DNA of 64,000 nt, from contig JAWLHY010000001.1 in the NCBI GenBank assembly GCA_041690135.1, forward strand, positions 1,559,199-1,623,198, given 5' to 3'. Below, in pieces: positions 28,637-38,815 of this stretch. Numbering within the stretch: position 1 is the first letter of the stretch; every line of letters begins with the position of its first letter. The DNA is from Armatimonadota bacterium (GTDB lineage: Bacteria > Armatimonadota > SYMT01). Under the pieces are notes generated by a model that saw nothing but the letters and a program-made list of their open reading frames with translations, ran no database searches and was not told where the DNA came from. The translations under genes and the position numbers were made by a program.

Positions 28637-29695
28637 TTAGCGGGCGCGCCGGACCCGGCCGTAGATGACGTTGAAGCCGGCGCCCATGGTCAACAGGTTG
28701 ACGGCCGACCCCACGGGAGTATCGGCGGCGACCTGTTTGAGCACGTGCAGCACGCTGGCGCTGCTCATATTGGAATTGCTGCGGTAATGATCGAGAGAAG
28801 GCTGCATCGACTCGCGCGGGATGCCCAGGCGCCGAGAAATGCGGACCAGGAGCGCGATTCCCGCGGGGTGGATCGCCCAGCGCGGCTCCTCTTTCCAGCC
28901 GCCTTCCGTCTCGGCGAGGGTATCGACCACGTGCTGCTTCACGTCACGCTCGAACGTTTTCTCATCCGCCAGGGCAAAGGTGTAGTAACTGCGGTACCCC
29001 CAGCGGATGAGGTCCAGCCCCGTTTCGGCCCGCTGCCGGTAGTGGAGGTCCTCCACCGCCAGCGCCGTTTCCCCTTGCTCGGGATCGGAGGAGATCCAGA
29101 GGGCGGCCGCGCCGTCCCCGAAGGTGCAGTTGCCCTGCCAGAGGTCCAGCGCCGTTCCCTGAACGTCGACCAGTGTTGTAGGGACCTCCACGGCGGCGAC
29201 CAGGATGTTACGCAGGCTAGCATCGAGCGAGTTGGCCAGGTTGAGCGCCTTGCTACTGCCGGTGCAGCCGACGTTGGCCAGGTCGATCATCATCGTGTCG
29301 GGACGGATCAGCCCCGGCAGCCGGTTCGCCAGGCGGTAGCTGAGGCCCGGCATCAGGTTGCCGGTGGCCGTGGTGGTGATGAGGGCGTCAAAGGAGATCC
29401 CTGCCGCCTCCGCCGCGGGAGCGATCTGGGCCGCCAGGGCTTCGACGGCAAGATTGGCGCACCGGTCGAACTCGGAGGCCCGGCTGTGAAAGTCGGACAG
29501 CTCCTGCCAATCCCGGAGCAGGGTATAGCGCGCGCGCTCGCCGACGAGCTGGAACCGCACGAAATCGCGGAGCTTCTTTAGCTCGTCTTCCCCGAGCGGC
29601 AGCTTCTCGATGATCGGCTCGAAGGTGGCCAGCAGCCGGGCATTATCCCACCGCTCTCCCAACTCCGGCGCATAAATGGCGTTGATGTACCGCAT
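28637..29695 (-). CDS. Type III polyketide synthase (chalcone/stilbene synthase family)
   Basis: Cys-His-Asn triad ANVGCTG / AIHPAG / NSNMSSAS, plus FGDGAAA and MGAGF. Confidence 0.88.
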   Translation of the reverse strand: MRYINAIYAPELGERWDNARLLATFEPIIEKLPLGEDELKKLRDFVRFQLVGERARYTLLRDWQELSDFHSRASEFDRCANLAVEALAAQIAPAAEAAGISFDALITTTATGNLMPGLSYRLANRLPGLIRPDTMMIDLANVGCTGSSKALNLANSLDASLRNILVAAVEVPTTLVDVQGTALDLWQGNCTFGDGAAALWISSDPEQGETALAVEDLHYRQRAETGLDLIRWGYRSYYTFALADEKTFERDVKQHVVDTLAETEGGWKEEPRWAIHPAGIALLVRISRRLGIPRESMQPSLDHYRSNSNMSSASVLHVLKQVAADTPVGSAVNLLTMGAGFNVIYGRVRRAR

Positions 29696-29820
29696 TCCGT
29701 TCCTCTCTCCCACCCCACTGTCAGCCCCATCTTACCTTAGATGTCGGAAGCGAGACCCGAACCTGCCCAGACCGGGAGGAGCCACAGATTTCACAGCCCG
29801 TCACAGCAACCGGGCAAGTC

Positions 29821-29852
29821 TCACCACGGAGCACACGGAGCGCACGGAGAGA
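29821..29852 (+). repeat. Short tandem CACGGAG-type intergenic repeat
   Basis: CACGGAG x3; related units at 36101-36122, about 30591-30630 and about 41598-41624. Confidence 0.6.
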
Positions 29853-30268
29853 AAGGGAGAGGGAAGGTAGCAGAGGGCCTCGTGCTCGTTGGGCGCGGTA
29901 CGAGTTTCCGGTGCAGCTCGTGAACGATTCTGGACGCGGAGCGCCCCTGCTGTGACCGCGGAGATTGTGACCGGGGTGTCGCATTTATGGAGTGGATGCG
30001 GTGCCGCGGACCACACGCCAATGGGGACACCGTGCCCCGTGAGTTTAGGGGGTGCATGGGAGTAACGTAACGGCTACGGTGACCGGTGTGACCTCACCCC
30101 CGCCACTCGCACGCGGGTACCCGGCACCCGTCACGGAATGGAATTCCGCGGCTACTGCAGAGTGAAACCCCTCCGGACTTTGCGCACCAGGCTCCGGGCT
30201 CGGGACCTTGCCCTGGTGGGTAGCATAGGGGTACGGTCCGCATTTTTTGATGGAGCAACGCGCACCCG

Positions 30269-30574
30269 ATGTCTGCACCCGATCTTGTCTGCACCCGGTT
30301 CCGCGAACATCAGCCGCTGTGGGTTCTCGTGGGCCCCGAAGAGACGCTCCTGTGTGCCCGGCACGCTACCGCGGGCCTGGTGGTCCTCTCCTGGACCACG
30401 CGGGAGGAGCTGGAAGCGGGGGTGCACGAGCTGTTCGGCCATGCACCGCACCTGTTTGAAACGCACACGCCGGAACAGCGGCCGTTCAGCGCCCTGCTGG
30501 AAACGGCGGCTCGCCTGCGCATGCGGCTGCGCATCGACGAGTACGTGGTGGAAGACCTGCTGGCATCCGAATAG
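30269..30574 (+). CDS. Hypothetical protein
   Basis: 101-aa ORF with globular composition and GC3-rich codons. Confidence 0.6.
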   Translation: MSAPDLVCTRFREHQPLWVLVGPEETLLCARHATAGLVVLSWTTREELEAGVHELFGHAPHLFETHTPEQRPFSALLETAARLRMRLRIDEYVVEDLLASE

Positions 30575-30766
30575 GAGTGGACGAATCTTCGACACAGAAG
30601 GACACAGACGGAACAAGAGGGCACACAGAAGGGGGAATTCACCTCGGAGCTTACAGAGAACAAGGAGAAAAACCGAGGTCGTATTGACACATGAGGCCTC
30701 ACGCCGGCCCACCCACGTGAGCCGGCGTGAGGCCCCTCGTATTCCGAAGCGCGCGAGGCTTTGGAA

Positions 30767-32380
30767 TCAGGGTCGTTGGGCCTGGACGGAACTGGCGTAT
30801 TCGGCGCGGGCTTCCTCTTCTTCTTCCGGAGTGACGTTTTCGGACCCCCTCCCGCCGTCCAGGGTGGAGAGGCCGAGGCCTTCGGCGACGCGACGCCCGT
30901 ATTCCGCGTCGGCCTGGGTGAAGTAGAAGACCATCTGCTCCTGGATGGGCCGCGCGCATTGGGAGAGCGCGGCCACCAGGTTGCCGACCAGCTCCTCCCG
31001 CTCCCAGGGCTCGAAGGCGCGGTAACGCTCTCCGGCCTGCGCGAAGTCGTTGGGGCGGCTGATCTCTTGCCGGACCAGGTTTCCCGCCAGGTAGGGCGTG
31101 TGCTCCTCGCCGGCGGGCTCCGCCTCTTTCAGGCCGTCCATCAGGCTGGGCTCGTAGTTCACGTGCGGATCGCCGCCGGCCTCCACCCGGTCGACGTGGT
31201 AGGCCATCTGCCCGCCTTCCTGGTTCGTGGCAACGTGTTTTCTCGGCCGGTTGATCGGAAGTTGCAGGTAGTTGGCGCCGATCCGATACCGCTGGGTGTC
31301 GGAGTAGGAGAACGTCCTCCCCTGCAGCATCTTGTCGTCCGAGAAGTCCAACCCATCCACCAGGACCCCGGTGCCGAACGCGGCCTGTTCCACCTCGGCG
31401 AAGTAATTGACGGGGTTCCGGTCCAGCACCATCCGGCCGACCGGGCGCAGCGGGAACTGGTCTTCGGGCCAGATCTTGGTGTCATCCAGCGGGTCGAAAT
31501 CCAGCTCCGGGTGCTCGTCGTCGGACATGATCTGAACCGCCAGCTCCCACTCGGGGTAGTCGCCTCGCTCGATGGCGTCGTACAGATCGCCCGTCGCGTG
31601 ATTGAAGTCCTTCGCCTGGATCTCTTCCGCATCTCGCTGGGTGAGGTTGCGGACGCCCTGCTTTGGCACCCAGTGGTACTTGACCAGGACCCCCTCGCCC
31701 TCCGCGTTCACCCACTTATAGGTGTTGACGCCAGAGCCCTGCATCTCCCGGTAGGTCGCGGGGATACCCCAGGGGCTGAAGAGCCAGGTAATCATGTGGG
31801 TCGCTTCCGGCGACGCGCTGATGAAATCGAAGATCCGCCGCGGGTCCTGCCGGTTCGTCACCGGGTCCGGCTTGAAGGCGTGCACCAGGTCCGGAAATTT
31901 GAGCGGGTCGCGGATGAAGAAGACCTTGAGGTTGTTGCCGACGAGGTCCCAGTTGCCGTCTTCCGTGTAGAACTTGACGGCGAAACCGCGAGGGTCGCGC
32001 AGCGTTTCCGGGGAGTGTCCGCCGTGGATCACGCTGGAGAAGCGGACGAATACGGGTGTGCGTTTCCCCTTTTCCTGGAACAGCTTCGCGCGGGTGTACC
32101 GGCTTACCGGCTCATCGCCGCACGTACCGTACGCCTCGAAGTAGCCGTGCGCACCCGCACCTCGGGCGTGAACCACCCGCTCCGGGATCCGCTCGCGGTC
32201 GAAGTGGGTGATCTTCTCCAGAAAGTGGTAGTTCTCCAGCGTGGTCGCCCCGCGGTCGCCGACAGTGCGGACGTTCTGATTGTCGTAGACGGGATGTCCC
32301 TGCCGGGTGGTGAGAGTGCTCTGGGGTGCCTCCGGGCGCTGCTCCGCACCCCCTCCCCCGCTGCTCGTCTTCTTCGCCAT
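30767..32380 (-). CDS. Monofunctional heme catalase
   Basis: [33 protein letters not shown] and proximal [12 protein letters not shown]; AGGAG RBS. Confidence 0.96.
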   Translation of the reverse strand: MAKKTSSGGGGAEQRPEAPQSTLTTRQGHPVYDNQNVRTVGDRGATTLENYHFLEKITHFDRERIPERVVHARGAGAHGYFEAYGTCGDEPVSRYTRAKLFQEKGKRTPVFVRFSSVIHGGHSPETLRDPRGFAVKFYTEDGNWDLVGNNLKVFFIRDPLKFPDLVHAFKPDPVTNRQDPRRIFDFISASPEATHMITWLFSPWGIPATYREMQGSGVNTYKWVNAEGEGVLVKYHWVPKQGVRNLTQRDAEEIQAKDFNHATGDLYDAIERGDYPEWELAVQIMSDDEHPELDFDPLDDTKIWPEDQFPLRPVGRMVLDRNPVNYFAEVEQAAFGTGVLVDGLDFSDDKMLQGRTFSYSDTQRYRIGANYLQLPINRPRKHVATNQEGGQMAYHVDRVEAGGDPHVNYEPSLMDGLKEAEPAGEEHTPYLAGNLVRQEISRPNDFAQAGERYRAFEPWEREELVGNLVAALSQCARPIQEQMVFYFTQADAEYGRRVAEGLGLSTLDGGRGSENVTPEEEEEARAEYASSVQAQRP

Positions 32381-32456
32381 GGTTGGTCTCCTGGGGTGGA
32401 AACGGTCGCCGCCACCCTGGACGACCGTCGTCGGCCGGGGGCAGTGCGGGCTTCCT

Positions 32457-32481
32457 TTACCCAGCGGGGTGGAGACGAAAC
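32457..32481 (-). promoter_or_regulatory. SigB/SigF-type promoter of the catalase gene
   Basis: GTTT-N15-GGGTAA. Confidence 0.55.
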
Positions 32482-32620
32482 ATCACAAGCTGTCGCGTAA
32501 GGGAGGTTGCCCGCGGCGAGGAGCGTGCTTGGCATTGAGGTGCGGAGTTGTGCGGGCTGACACGAGATCACGGAAGAAAGCCAATGGCACGGCTCTTGGC
32601 CTCGGAGACTTGCGCCCTTA

Positions 32621-33515
32621 GAGCTTGTACGTAAATACATCATGCAGTGAGGCGACGAAGCATGAGGTGGGTCATCGCCAGTAAGATATTCGCTTCGGTG
32701 GTTTCCGGCCGGAAATCGTATTCCCGCGCCAGGATACGCCAGCGACCCAACCAGGCAAAGGTCCGTTCGGACACCCAGCGTTTCGGCAATAGTTCCCAGT
32801 CCCGCTGTCCTTCCGTGCGCTTGATGACGACCAGATCGAACATACAGTGCTCGACAACCCAGGCTTCCAAACGATGTTCAAAGCCGCCATCGACCCAGAG
32901 CACCTTCCAGCGGGTCAAGCCCTCCTTCACCATCCGCAAGAGTTGCTTGGCCCCGGCCGCCTCCGAGGTCCGTCCCGACAGGACCAACACGCCCCACACC
33001 AGGCCCAAGGTATCCACCAGGAGAAAGCGCTTCCGGCCTTTGATCCACTTGCCCCCATCTAGCCCGATCGAGCCCGCGATCCCCCTTTTTCCGTACTCTT
33101 GGCGGTCTGGCTATCCAGACTGCCGGCGCTCGGCTGGGGGTCTTTATCTGCTTGGAGCCGCACCTGCGTACGCAGCGTGTCGTGCAGACGGACGAGCACC
33201 CCGCGTCGGCGCCACCGGTGAAAGTAATCGGAGACGGTGGAATAGGGTGGGAAGTCTCCGGGCAGGTTGCGCCACTGGCAGCCCGTACGCAGGCGATAAA
33301 AGATGGCATTCAAGATCTCGCGGAGCGGGTGCTCCCGGTTCCAGTGGGCGGACGGATGGTACTCGGCCAGAATGGGGGCGACCAACTCCCACTGCGCATC
33401 CGTCAAGTCCGTGGTGTAACGCTTTCGCTGGGGCTGGGTTTGGGTAACTGCAGTGCTCATGCTCATGAGTTACCCACCCTCGCCGTATTTGTAATGCTTG
33501 CTACCGTACAACCTC
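32621..33515 (-). mobile_element. IS5-family insertion sequence (IS1031-like), 895 bp
   Basis: TIRs GAGCTTGTACG and GAGGTTGTACG; TTA duplication at 32618-32620 and 33516-33518. Confidence 0.9.
32640..33466 (-). CDS. IS5-family transposase, two ORFs joined by a -1 frameshift
   Basis: OrfA YTTDLTDAQW...RTGCQWRNLP; slippery AAAAAGGGGG at 33081-33090; OrfB DGGKWIKGRKR.LLVDTLG and RWVSERTFAWL. Confidence 0.88.
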
Positions 33516-33746
33516 TTAGTTCTCCCTACCTGCGTTGTAATCACGATGGAAACCCCGGTTCATGACGGAGTCCAGCTGAAAGGCTGGCCTTCGCGAGCCT
33601 GGATGCCGGTTACCCGTCCCGGCAAGCCCGACCCCCTCCGATCCCAAGTTCGCGACATTTGCCTCCGCAGCCCGGCACCACCAGTGCTCCAGTCCGTGGT
33701 CGCACTGAGCGGAGAGCCGTGCGACGCGGATCCCGTTATCCACTGG

Positions 33747-34829
33747 TCAGTCGGCATCCGCCAGGAGACGCTCGACTGCGGACCGGCTCCACGGAAGCCC
33801 GTAGGCGGTGAGCTCCTCGCTGTTGTTGCCGATACCCCACAGTGAACGCACCCGGGCCATGCGGGTCAGGACTTCTCGTTGCAATGGATTGAGTTGCGTG
33901 ACGGGCTCCTCTTGAGGGGAGAAGGCGGCGGAGAGGAGGCCGATCACATACGGCATGGTTTCGATCTTGCGGGCGCGGTTGAGTTGAGCGAGGAGCGCGG
34001 GGATGGCGGCGGGACGCACCTCCGGCGGAAGGTAGCGGATGGAAAAGGCGGCGTCGCCCGTGGAGGGTCCGCCGGCCCCGGGCACCTCCTCATAACCCTC
34101 AATGGGGTCGGTGATAAGCCGGACCAGCGGCTCCAGCAGGTCCTCACCAGGGGCAAAACGCGCGAGTTGACAGGTGGCCATGCAGCGCACCATGGCGGCC
34201 GTGTCGGTCTCCGCCAGGCGCCGGAGTGGCCCCTCCCCTTCCAACTCCCCGAGCGCAAAGGCGAGGGCGGTGCGGGTAACCTCCGAAGTCTCTTTTGCCA
34301 GGCAGCCTTCCAGGAGCGGTATCGAGTCGACCGACCGGGTCGGCAGGCAGGCCAGCACCCACGCCGCCCCCGCGCGCACCGGCGTTTCCGGGTCCGAAAG
34401 CAAGCGCTGCAGTAGCTCGTACCCGGCCAGGGACTCCCGGTAGATCGCGTGAAGCGCTTTCACGTAAGGATCGCGCGCCCGCGCCTGCATCGGCTCACGA
34501 CCCCAGTAGACGTGGGTACCGTCGCCCCACATGGGTCGCTCCCGCACGCTGAAGTCCCCGGCGATCAGGTGGCCCCAGTACTCCAGCAATTCCCCTCGAC
34601 CGGGCACGCCGGGATCCCCGCAGAGCTCGATGAGGAACGGGATGGCATAGGGTGTGGCCGGGTAACGCGTCCCCTGGTGGAACAGGTTGCCGTAAAGCTC
34701 GTGCATCACCTGCCGGCGCACTTCCGGGTCGGGGTCCGGCAGTTTCCGCAGCAGGTCCGGCACATCCCGCGCCGACCCGTAGGCATGCCTCAGCTTCGCC
34801 CAGGGCACCTGATCCAGTCCTTCCAGCAT
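33747..34829 (-). CDS. HEAT-repeat-like hypothetical protein
   Basis: W..LRHAYGSARDVP and LFHQGTRYPAT N-terminus; VRAGAAWVL-type repeats; GGAGA RBS. Confidence 0.8.
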   Translation of the reverse strand: MLEGLDQVPWAKLRHAYGSARDVPDLLRKLPDPDPEVRRQVMHELYGNLFHQGTRYPATPYAIPFLIELCGDPGVPGRGELLEYWGHLIAGDFSVRERPMWGDGTHVYWGREPMQARARDPYVKALHAIYRESLAGYELLQRLLSDPETPVRAGAAWVLACLPTRSVDSIPLLEGCLAKETSEVTRTALAFALGELEGEGPLRRLAETDTAAMVRCMATCQLARFAPGEDLLEPLVRLITDPIEGYEEVPGAGGPSTGDAAFSIRYLPPEVRPAAIPALLAQLNRARKIETMPYVIGLLSAAFSPQEEPVTQLNPLQREVLTRMARVRSLWGIGNNSEELTAYGLPWSRSAVERLLADAD

Positions 34830-35050
34830 CTACCATCTCCCGGTCATCACAGGGAACATCTCGCGCCAAGGTGTACGCGCCGAGGTGGCGCGCCAAGGCC
34901 TACGCCCCGTATGGGCCGCAATGAGCAATTGGGGACGGAAACAGGATACCAGGATGGGTAGGATATCGCGAACCACTACGGGCGCTGCGCGGGCTAGCAC
35001 GAAAACGCGAAATTACGAAAACGCGAAAAAGGGGAACAGCGTGTGCAGAA

Positions 35051-35283
35051 ACGAGACCACGGATAACAGCCAATTGCACGGCACTCGGTCCAGAGGTTCG
35101 CGACCGCAGTTCTCCCAGCCTGCGTTGCCATCTCGAGGGAGAGCCTGGTCCATGACGGAGTCCAGCTGCCGGGTGCCCTTTGGGCGGGGCATTCGCGACC
35201 CAGGCACCCGGTTACCTGTCCCGTGAACCCGACCTACTTCCGAGCCCTAGTTCGCGACGTTGCCTCCGCGGCCCGCCATCACC
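35051..35283. repeat. Diverged direct repeat, copy 2 (copy 1 = 32562-32620 + 33519-33682, split by the IS)
   Basis: Identical 18-bp core CATGACGGAGTCCAGCTG at 33561 and 35151, with colinear similarity on both sides. Confidence 0.85.
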
Positions 35284-35580
35284 GGGATTGATCATGCGCG
35301 AACGCCCACAGGGCCCCCACACCCTCCTGGGGGCGTAAACCTTGGCCGACCGGAACCATTGACCCGTCCACCCCTTTCAGTGAAGTGCGGCAGCAAGACT
35401 AACTACCCCCTTCTTCTCCCTTTCCCCCTTTGCGTCTTTGCGTCTTTGCGAGAGCTACTTTCGGTTCCCTTTGCAGCTTGGCGCGAGATAAGTTCGGAAC
35501 GCGGAAGGAAGTGGGCAGGCAAGCGGTGAAAAGCCTCCCTGGCTGCAAGACTTCCTGCTAATCATCCTCGCGCACGATCC

Positions 35581-36078
35581 ATGACTTCGCTCCAGCCCAC
35601 GCTCACCGCCCACCCGCACCGCAACCGACGCCTGTTCAGCGACCATTACCTGGACGTGCTGCTGCCGGGCACGGCGGAGTGGCGCGCGGGGGTGGAGGAG
35701 GCGGCTGGGGTGATGGCCGAGATCCGGGCCGTGTTCCAGCGGTTCACGCCGACGAGCAACGAGGCGCAGACGGAGCAACACCTGGTCTGGCCTTTGTGGT
35801 AACCCTTGAACCAGAAGCTGACGGCCTGGTGGGACCTGGACTTCGCCGGTTTCCGGAAGGAACTGCTCAAGGCGTTCCGCCAGGAGATCCCGCTGAAGGA
35901 CCGGAATGATTGGGACGCGCTGCTGGCGGCACGTAAGGCGGAGCGCCAGCGGCTAACGCGGGAGATCGTGGACCTGGAGGGCGAGCTGAACGAGCGGGTT
36001 TACCGACTGTTCGACCTGACGCGGGAAGAGGTCCGGATCATCGAGGAGACGACGAAGTATCCCTACGGGGAGGTGTAG
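35581..36078 (+). pseudogene. Collapsed type IIG (Eco57I-like) restriction-modification gene, N- and C-termini only
   Basis: N-terminal NRRLFSDHYL...NEAQTE..LVWP is in frame, across a TAA at 35800, with the C-terminal KLTAWWDLDF...LNERVYRLFDLTREEVRIIE. Confidence 0.65.
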
Positions 36079-36343
36079 GCGCTTGCCGACGGAATCTCAC
36101 CACGGAGCCACGGAGACACAGAGTTGGACACGGAGAGGGCTCTGAAGAGCTGTGTGCGGTCAATGCTACTCCAGCTTCTCTTCGGAAATCCAAATTGGAA
36201 TTGCGGGCGTCACCCAGGCGACCCAGAGCACTGGTATTGGAGATCGGCACTCTTCGAAGGTCAGTTACCAAAGGGAAGACATGAGGGCGTAAGCAACGAT
36301 CGACGATTTCTCGGACATTCGTAACAGGCTAGCGGCCGTAAAG

Positions 36344-36688
36344 TTGGAGACCGCACGCCAAGACAGAGAGCGTGAACGCAAACATAAGGTTGCGGACGGT
36401 ATCCTAAATGAGATAGATCAACGTCTCTCCGAGGTCTCCACCCACCTTGCTTCATTCGACGAACCGGATGAACCCCCAGGTCTGTGTATTGGCATGGCGC
36501 GGTTCCTCGACGAGATCAACTTCGCCGACGGAACCCCCTTTAGCGGCATTGAACACTGTGTTCAATCATCGGGAGACCCGTATGCACGCCTTGCTCTTGG
36601 GCTCTTCGTATCGGTATCGGACAACCAGAGAGTGGGCCCGTTGGCGGTCTACCGCGTAGGGCAAAAACCAAGACGCAAGATGAAGTGA
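36344..36688 (+). CDS. Hypothetical protein, possibly a pseudogene fragment
   Basis: Lower-GC ORF; the same frame continues upstream past an in-frame TAA at 36290. Confidence 0.35.
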   Translation: METARQDRERERKHKVADGILNEIDQRLSEVSTHLASFDEPDEPPGLCIGMARFLDEINFADGTPFSGIEHCVQSSGDPYARLALGLFVSVSDNQRVGPLAVYRVGQKPRRKMK

Positions 36689-36745
36689 AACACTATCTGG
36701 TACCAGACGTGGGATGGGGCGGGATCTCCGCATAGCGAGAATAAG

Positions 36746-37270
36746 ATGTCGAACACCTCTCGCACGACCACTGCACTCCGACTTGGGATGGGACTGTTCT
36801 TTTGCCTCTCCCTCGGCTCGCCGACACCAGCGCAGGCTCGTGGGGAGCCAGCAAGGCCGCATCGGCCGCCTTACGGCTGTACGTTTGGGAACAGGGTGGA
36901 TGTTGATTACCTCGGAGACGATACGCCCGTCCCATTCGCCTTCAATGTCGATGAAGGCTGCCTGCTCCCCGGACAAGAAGGGGCCTTTCAGGTGTGGGTT
37001 CGATCGGATGACCCTCGTTTCTACTGGAATCAAAGTCACGAACGCCGACACATACGTGCCCGCGTTCGTACGGCTGCAGGTAGCCGGCCCGTCCGGGGTG
37101 TAGTCCGATACACGGAACGGGACGGCGTCCCGCGATGGGTGCTGCGACTGTCTCGGCGGACTCGGTACGATCGGGTGGCTCTGATCACTTTCTCCATGCA
37201 CTGCTTCGGAAGACGGGACTTCTGGCGCGCGGAGTTCAAACTGCACATTTCCGGAGCTAAATCGGAATAG
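36746..37270 (+). CDS. Hypothetical secreted protein
   Basis: Signal-peptide-like N-terminus ending AQA; 174 aa. Confidence 0.6.
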   Translation: MSNTSRTTTALRLGMGLFFCLSLGSPTPAQARGEPARPHRPPYGCTFGNRVDVDYLGDDTPVPFAFNVDEGCLLPGQEGAFQVWVRSDDPRFYWNQSHERRHIRARVRTAAGSRPVRGVVRYTERDGVPRWVLRLSRRTRYDRVALITFSMHCFGRRDFWRAEFKLHISGAKSE

Positions 37271-37569
37271 GTTTGTGCCCCCGGAATCTCCCTACAGTCC
37301 CGGATTCGGACGCCGCAGCCCGCGACATATTCCGGCCCTTGGCCTCCGGCAGAACTTCAGCGCCTGTGGGAGACCCGGCACAGGCATTGTCACCGAGCGC
37401 CCGGAGGGCAACTTAAACGTAGCCGGGGGTTACCAGGAGACGGCAAACTGGGCAAGGCGCTGGACCGGTGCATGGATCAGTCGCGGAGAGTACGCCGCAC
37501 GCCGAGATTTCCGTATGCCGGCTCCATTCCTTTGCGGCCGATAGGTAGGCGCCATTCAGGTAGCGGGAA

Positions 37570-37737
37570 ATGCGGATGCGTAACGATTCTTCGGGAAAGC
37601 AGGTCGCAAGGGCACCCAAATGGGTGTTGGGATACCATGGTTGTTCGGCAGTCGTCGCAGAAGCCATTCTGAACGGAGCCTCCTTCACTCCCTCGAATAG
37701 ACCGGTGGACTGGCTTGGATTGGGGGGGTATTCTTGA
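37570..37737 (+). pseudogene. Truncated ADP-ribosyltransferase-like (YHG...DWLG.G.YFWE family) gene
   Basis: VLGYHGCSAVVAEAILNGASFTPSNRPVDWLGLGGYS*E; below the ORF-track length cutoff. Confidence 0.55.
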
Positions 37738-37752
37738 GAAAGAGGAGGGAGT

Positions 37753-37968
37753 ATGGGTGCCCCACGCCTCAAACCTGGCGACCCGGAAGTTGTCGCTGCG
37801 GTGGTGGAGAGGATTCGGAATATGCCTCGTGAGGAGTTGCTACAACGCCTCCGGGAGCGCGAAGATTTCGACGAGGCCTGGATCCAACCGCAGCCCGGCT
37901 CGCCCTCCAAACGCGGCAAGTACACACGAACCACCAAAGTGCGTCGACGGTGCCGCATAGATTCCTGA
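37753..37968 (+). CDS. Small hypothetical protein (possible antitoxin-like partner)
   Basis: Strong GAGGAGG RBS; 71 aa, charged and helical. Confidence 0.55.
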   Translation: MGAPRLKPGDPEVVAAVVERIRNMPREELLQRLREREDFDEAWIQPQPGSPSKRGKYTRTTKVRRRCRIDS

Positions 37969-38170
37969 TTGGGGGCACATATCCTCACCGGGTTCGTCCA
38001 GGCAGCTTAACCAGGGCCTCGTCTGGTTGCTATTCAGCTTAGCCAAGCGCCAGCGGACCCGTCCGAGGATAAACAGGGTCCGTGGAGTCACGATAGCCCA
38101 ATGAAGCAGGGCTGGTTGCGTTCCCCCTGAACCTATAGAACCGGTAGGCATTAAGGGGTGGCGAAGCCAG

Positions 38171-38815
38171 ATGTGCCAGGTTCCGGAGGCCAAAGAATTG
38201 AGGGGCATCTCTGCCATCGGCTATGCGTTGGCCGGCGCGGTGATAGCGACGGGTCTCCTCATCTTCGGCTTCTTCGCGTGGCTGCACCTGTTCCCGCGGC
38301 AGGCAGACCGCCTGGAGTTAGGGATCCTCGTCATCCTGCTCTGCCTGCCGGCTGTAGGCTCGAGCATCGGGATCGTGGTGGGGCTCTATCTCTGGAACGG
38401 CGGGTCGCCGCGGTTGCTCTCCGGGGAGCGACAGCCGATCGTCTTCCGTCCCCGCTCGGGTTCGGCTGTTGATCCCTCCCGGCATGCGCCCCAGGTCCTG
38501 TCCGAAGCTAAGACGCTTCCAGACCCGACAGCGGCGCCAATCCGGACCGGTAACTCCTGCGGTCGTTCTCTCCCAAACCGCCCCACTTATCCGCGTGCAG
38601 AACCGGCCTCGTTTATGGATGGGGTGATGTTCCTGGTGGTGGCGCTGGTTCCGGGAACATGGAGCGCGATCATGGCGCATGGGATCTGGGACGGGCCGTG
38701 GCTGCAAAGCGTGGGCCGCCTGGTTTTGAACCCCGTGTTTCTGGTGCCTTTCGGGGTTACGGTGGCGCTGGTGGTTTGTGGTGTCTCGGTGATCCTCCGG
38801 TCGCGGGAAGCGTAA
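38171..38815 (+). CDS. Hypothetical membrane protein (about 4 TMs)
   Basis: Two pairs of hydrophobic segments around a Pro-rich loop. Confidence 0.6.
   Translation: MCQVPEAKELRGISAIGYALAGAVIATGLLIFGFFAWLHLFPRQADRLELGILVILLCLPAVGSSIGIVVGLYLWNGGSPRLLSGERQPIVFRPRSGSAVDPSRHAPQVLSEAKTLPDPTAAPIRTGNSCGRSLPNRPTYPRAEPASFMDGVMFLVVALVPGTWSAIMAHGIWDGPWLQSVGRLVLNPVFLVPFGVTVALVVCGVSVILRSREA

Noticed and set aside
30761-32500. 579-aa + strand ORF, and similar long ORFs at 2367-4193, 40129-41607, 46823-49681 and 49573-51234
   Set aside because: These are antisense shadows of GC3-rich genes (catalase, pcrA, hslU, RND, MFP) with no recognisable motifs.
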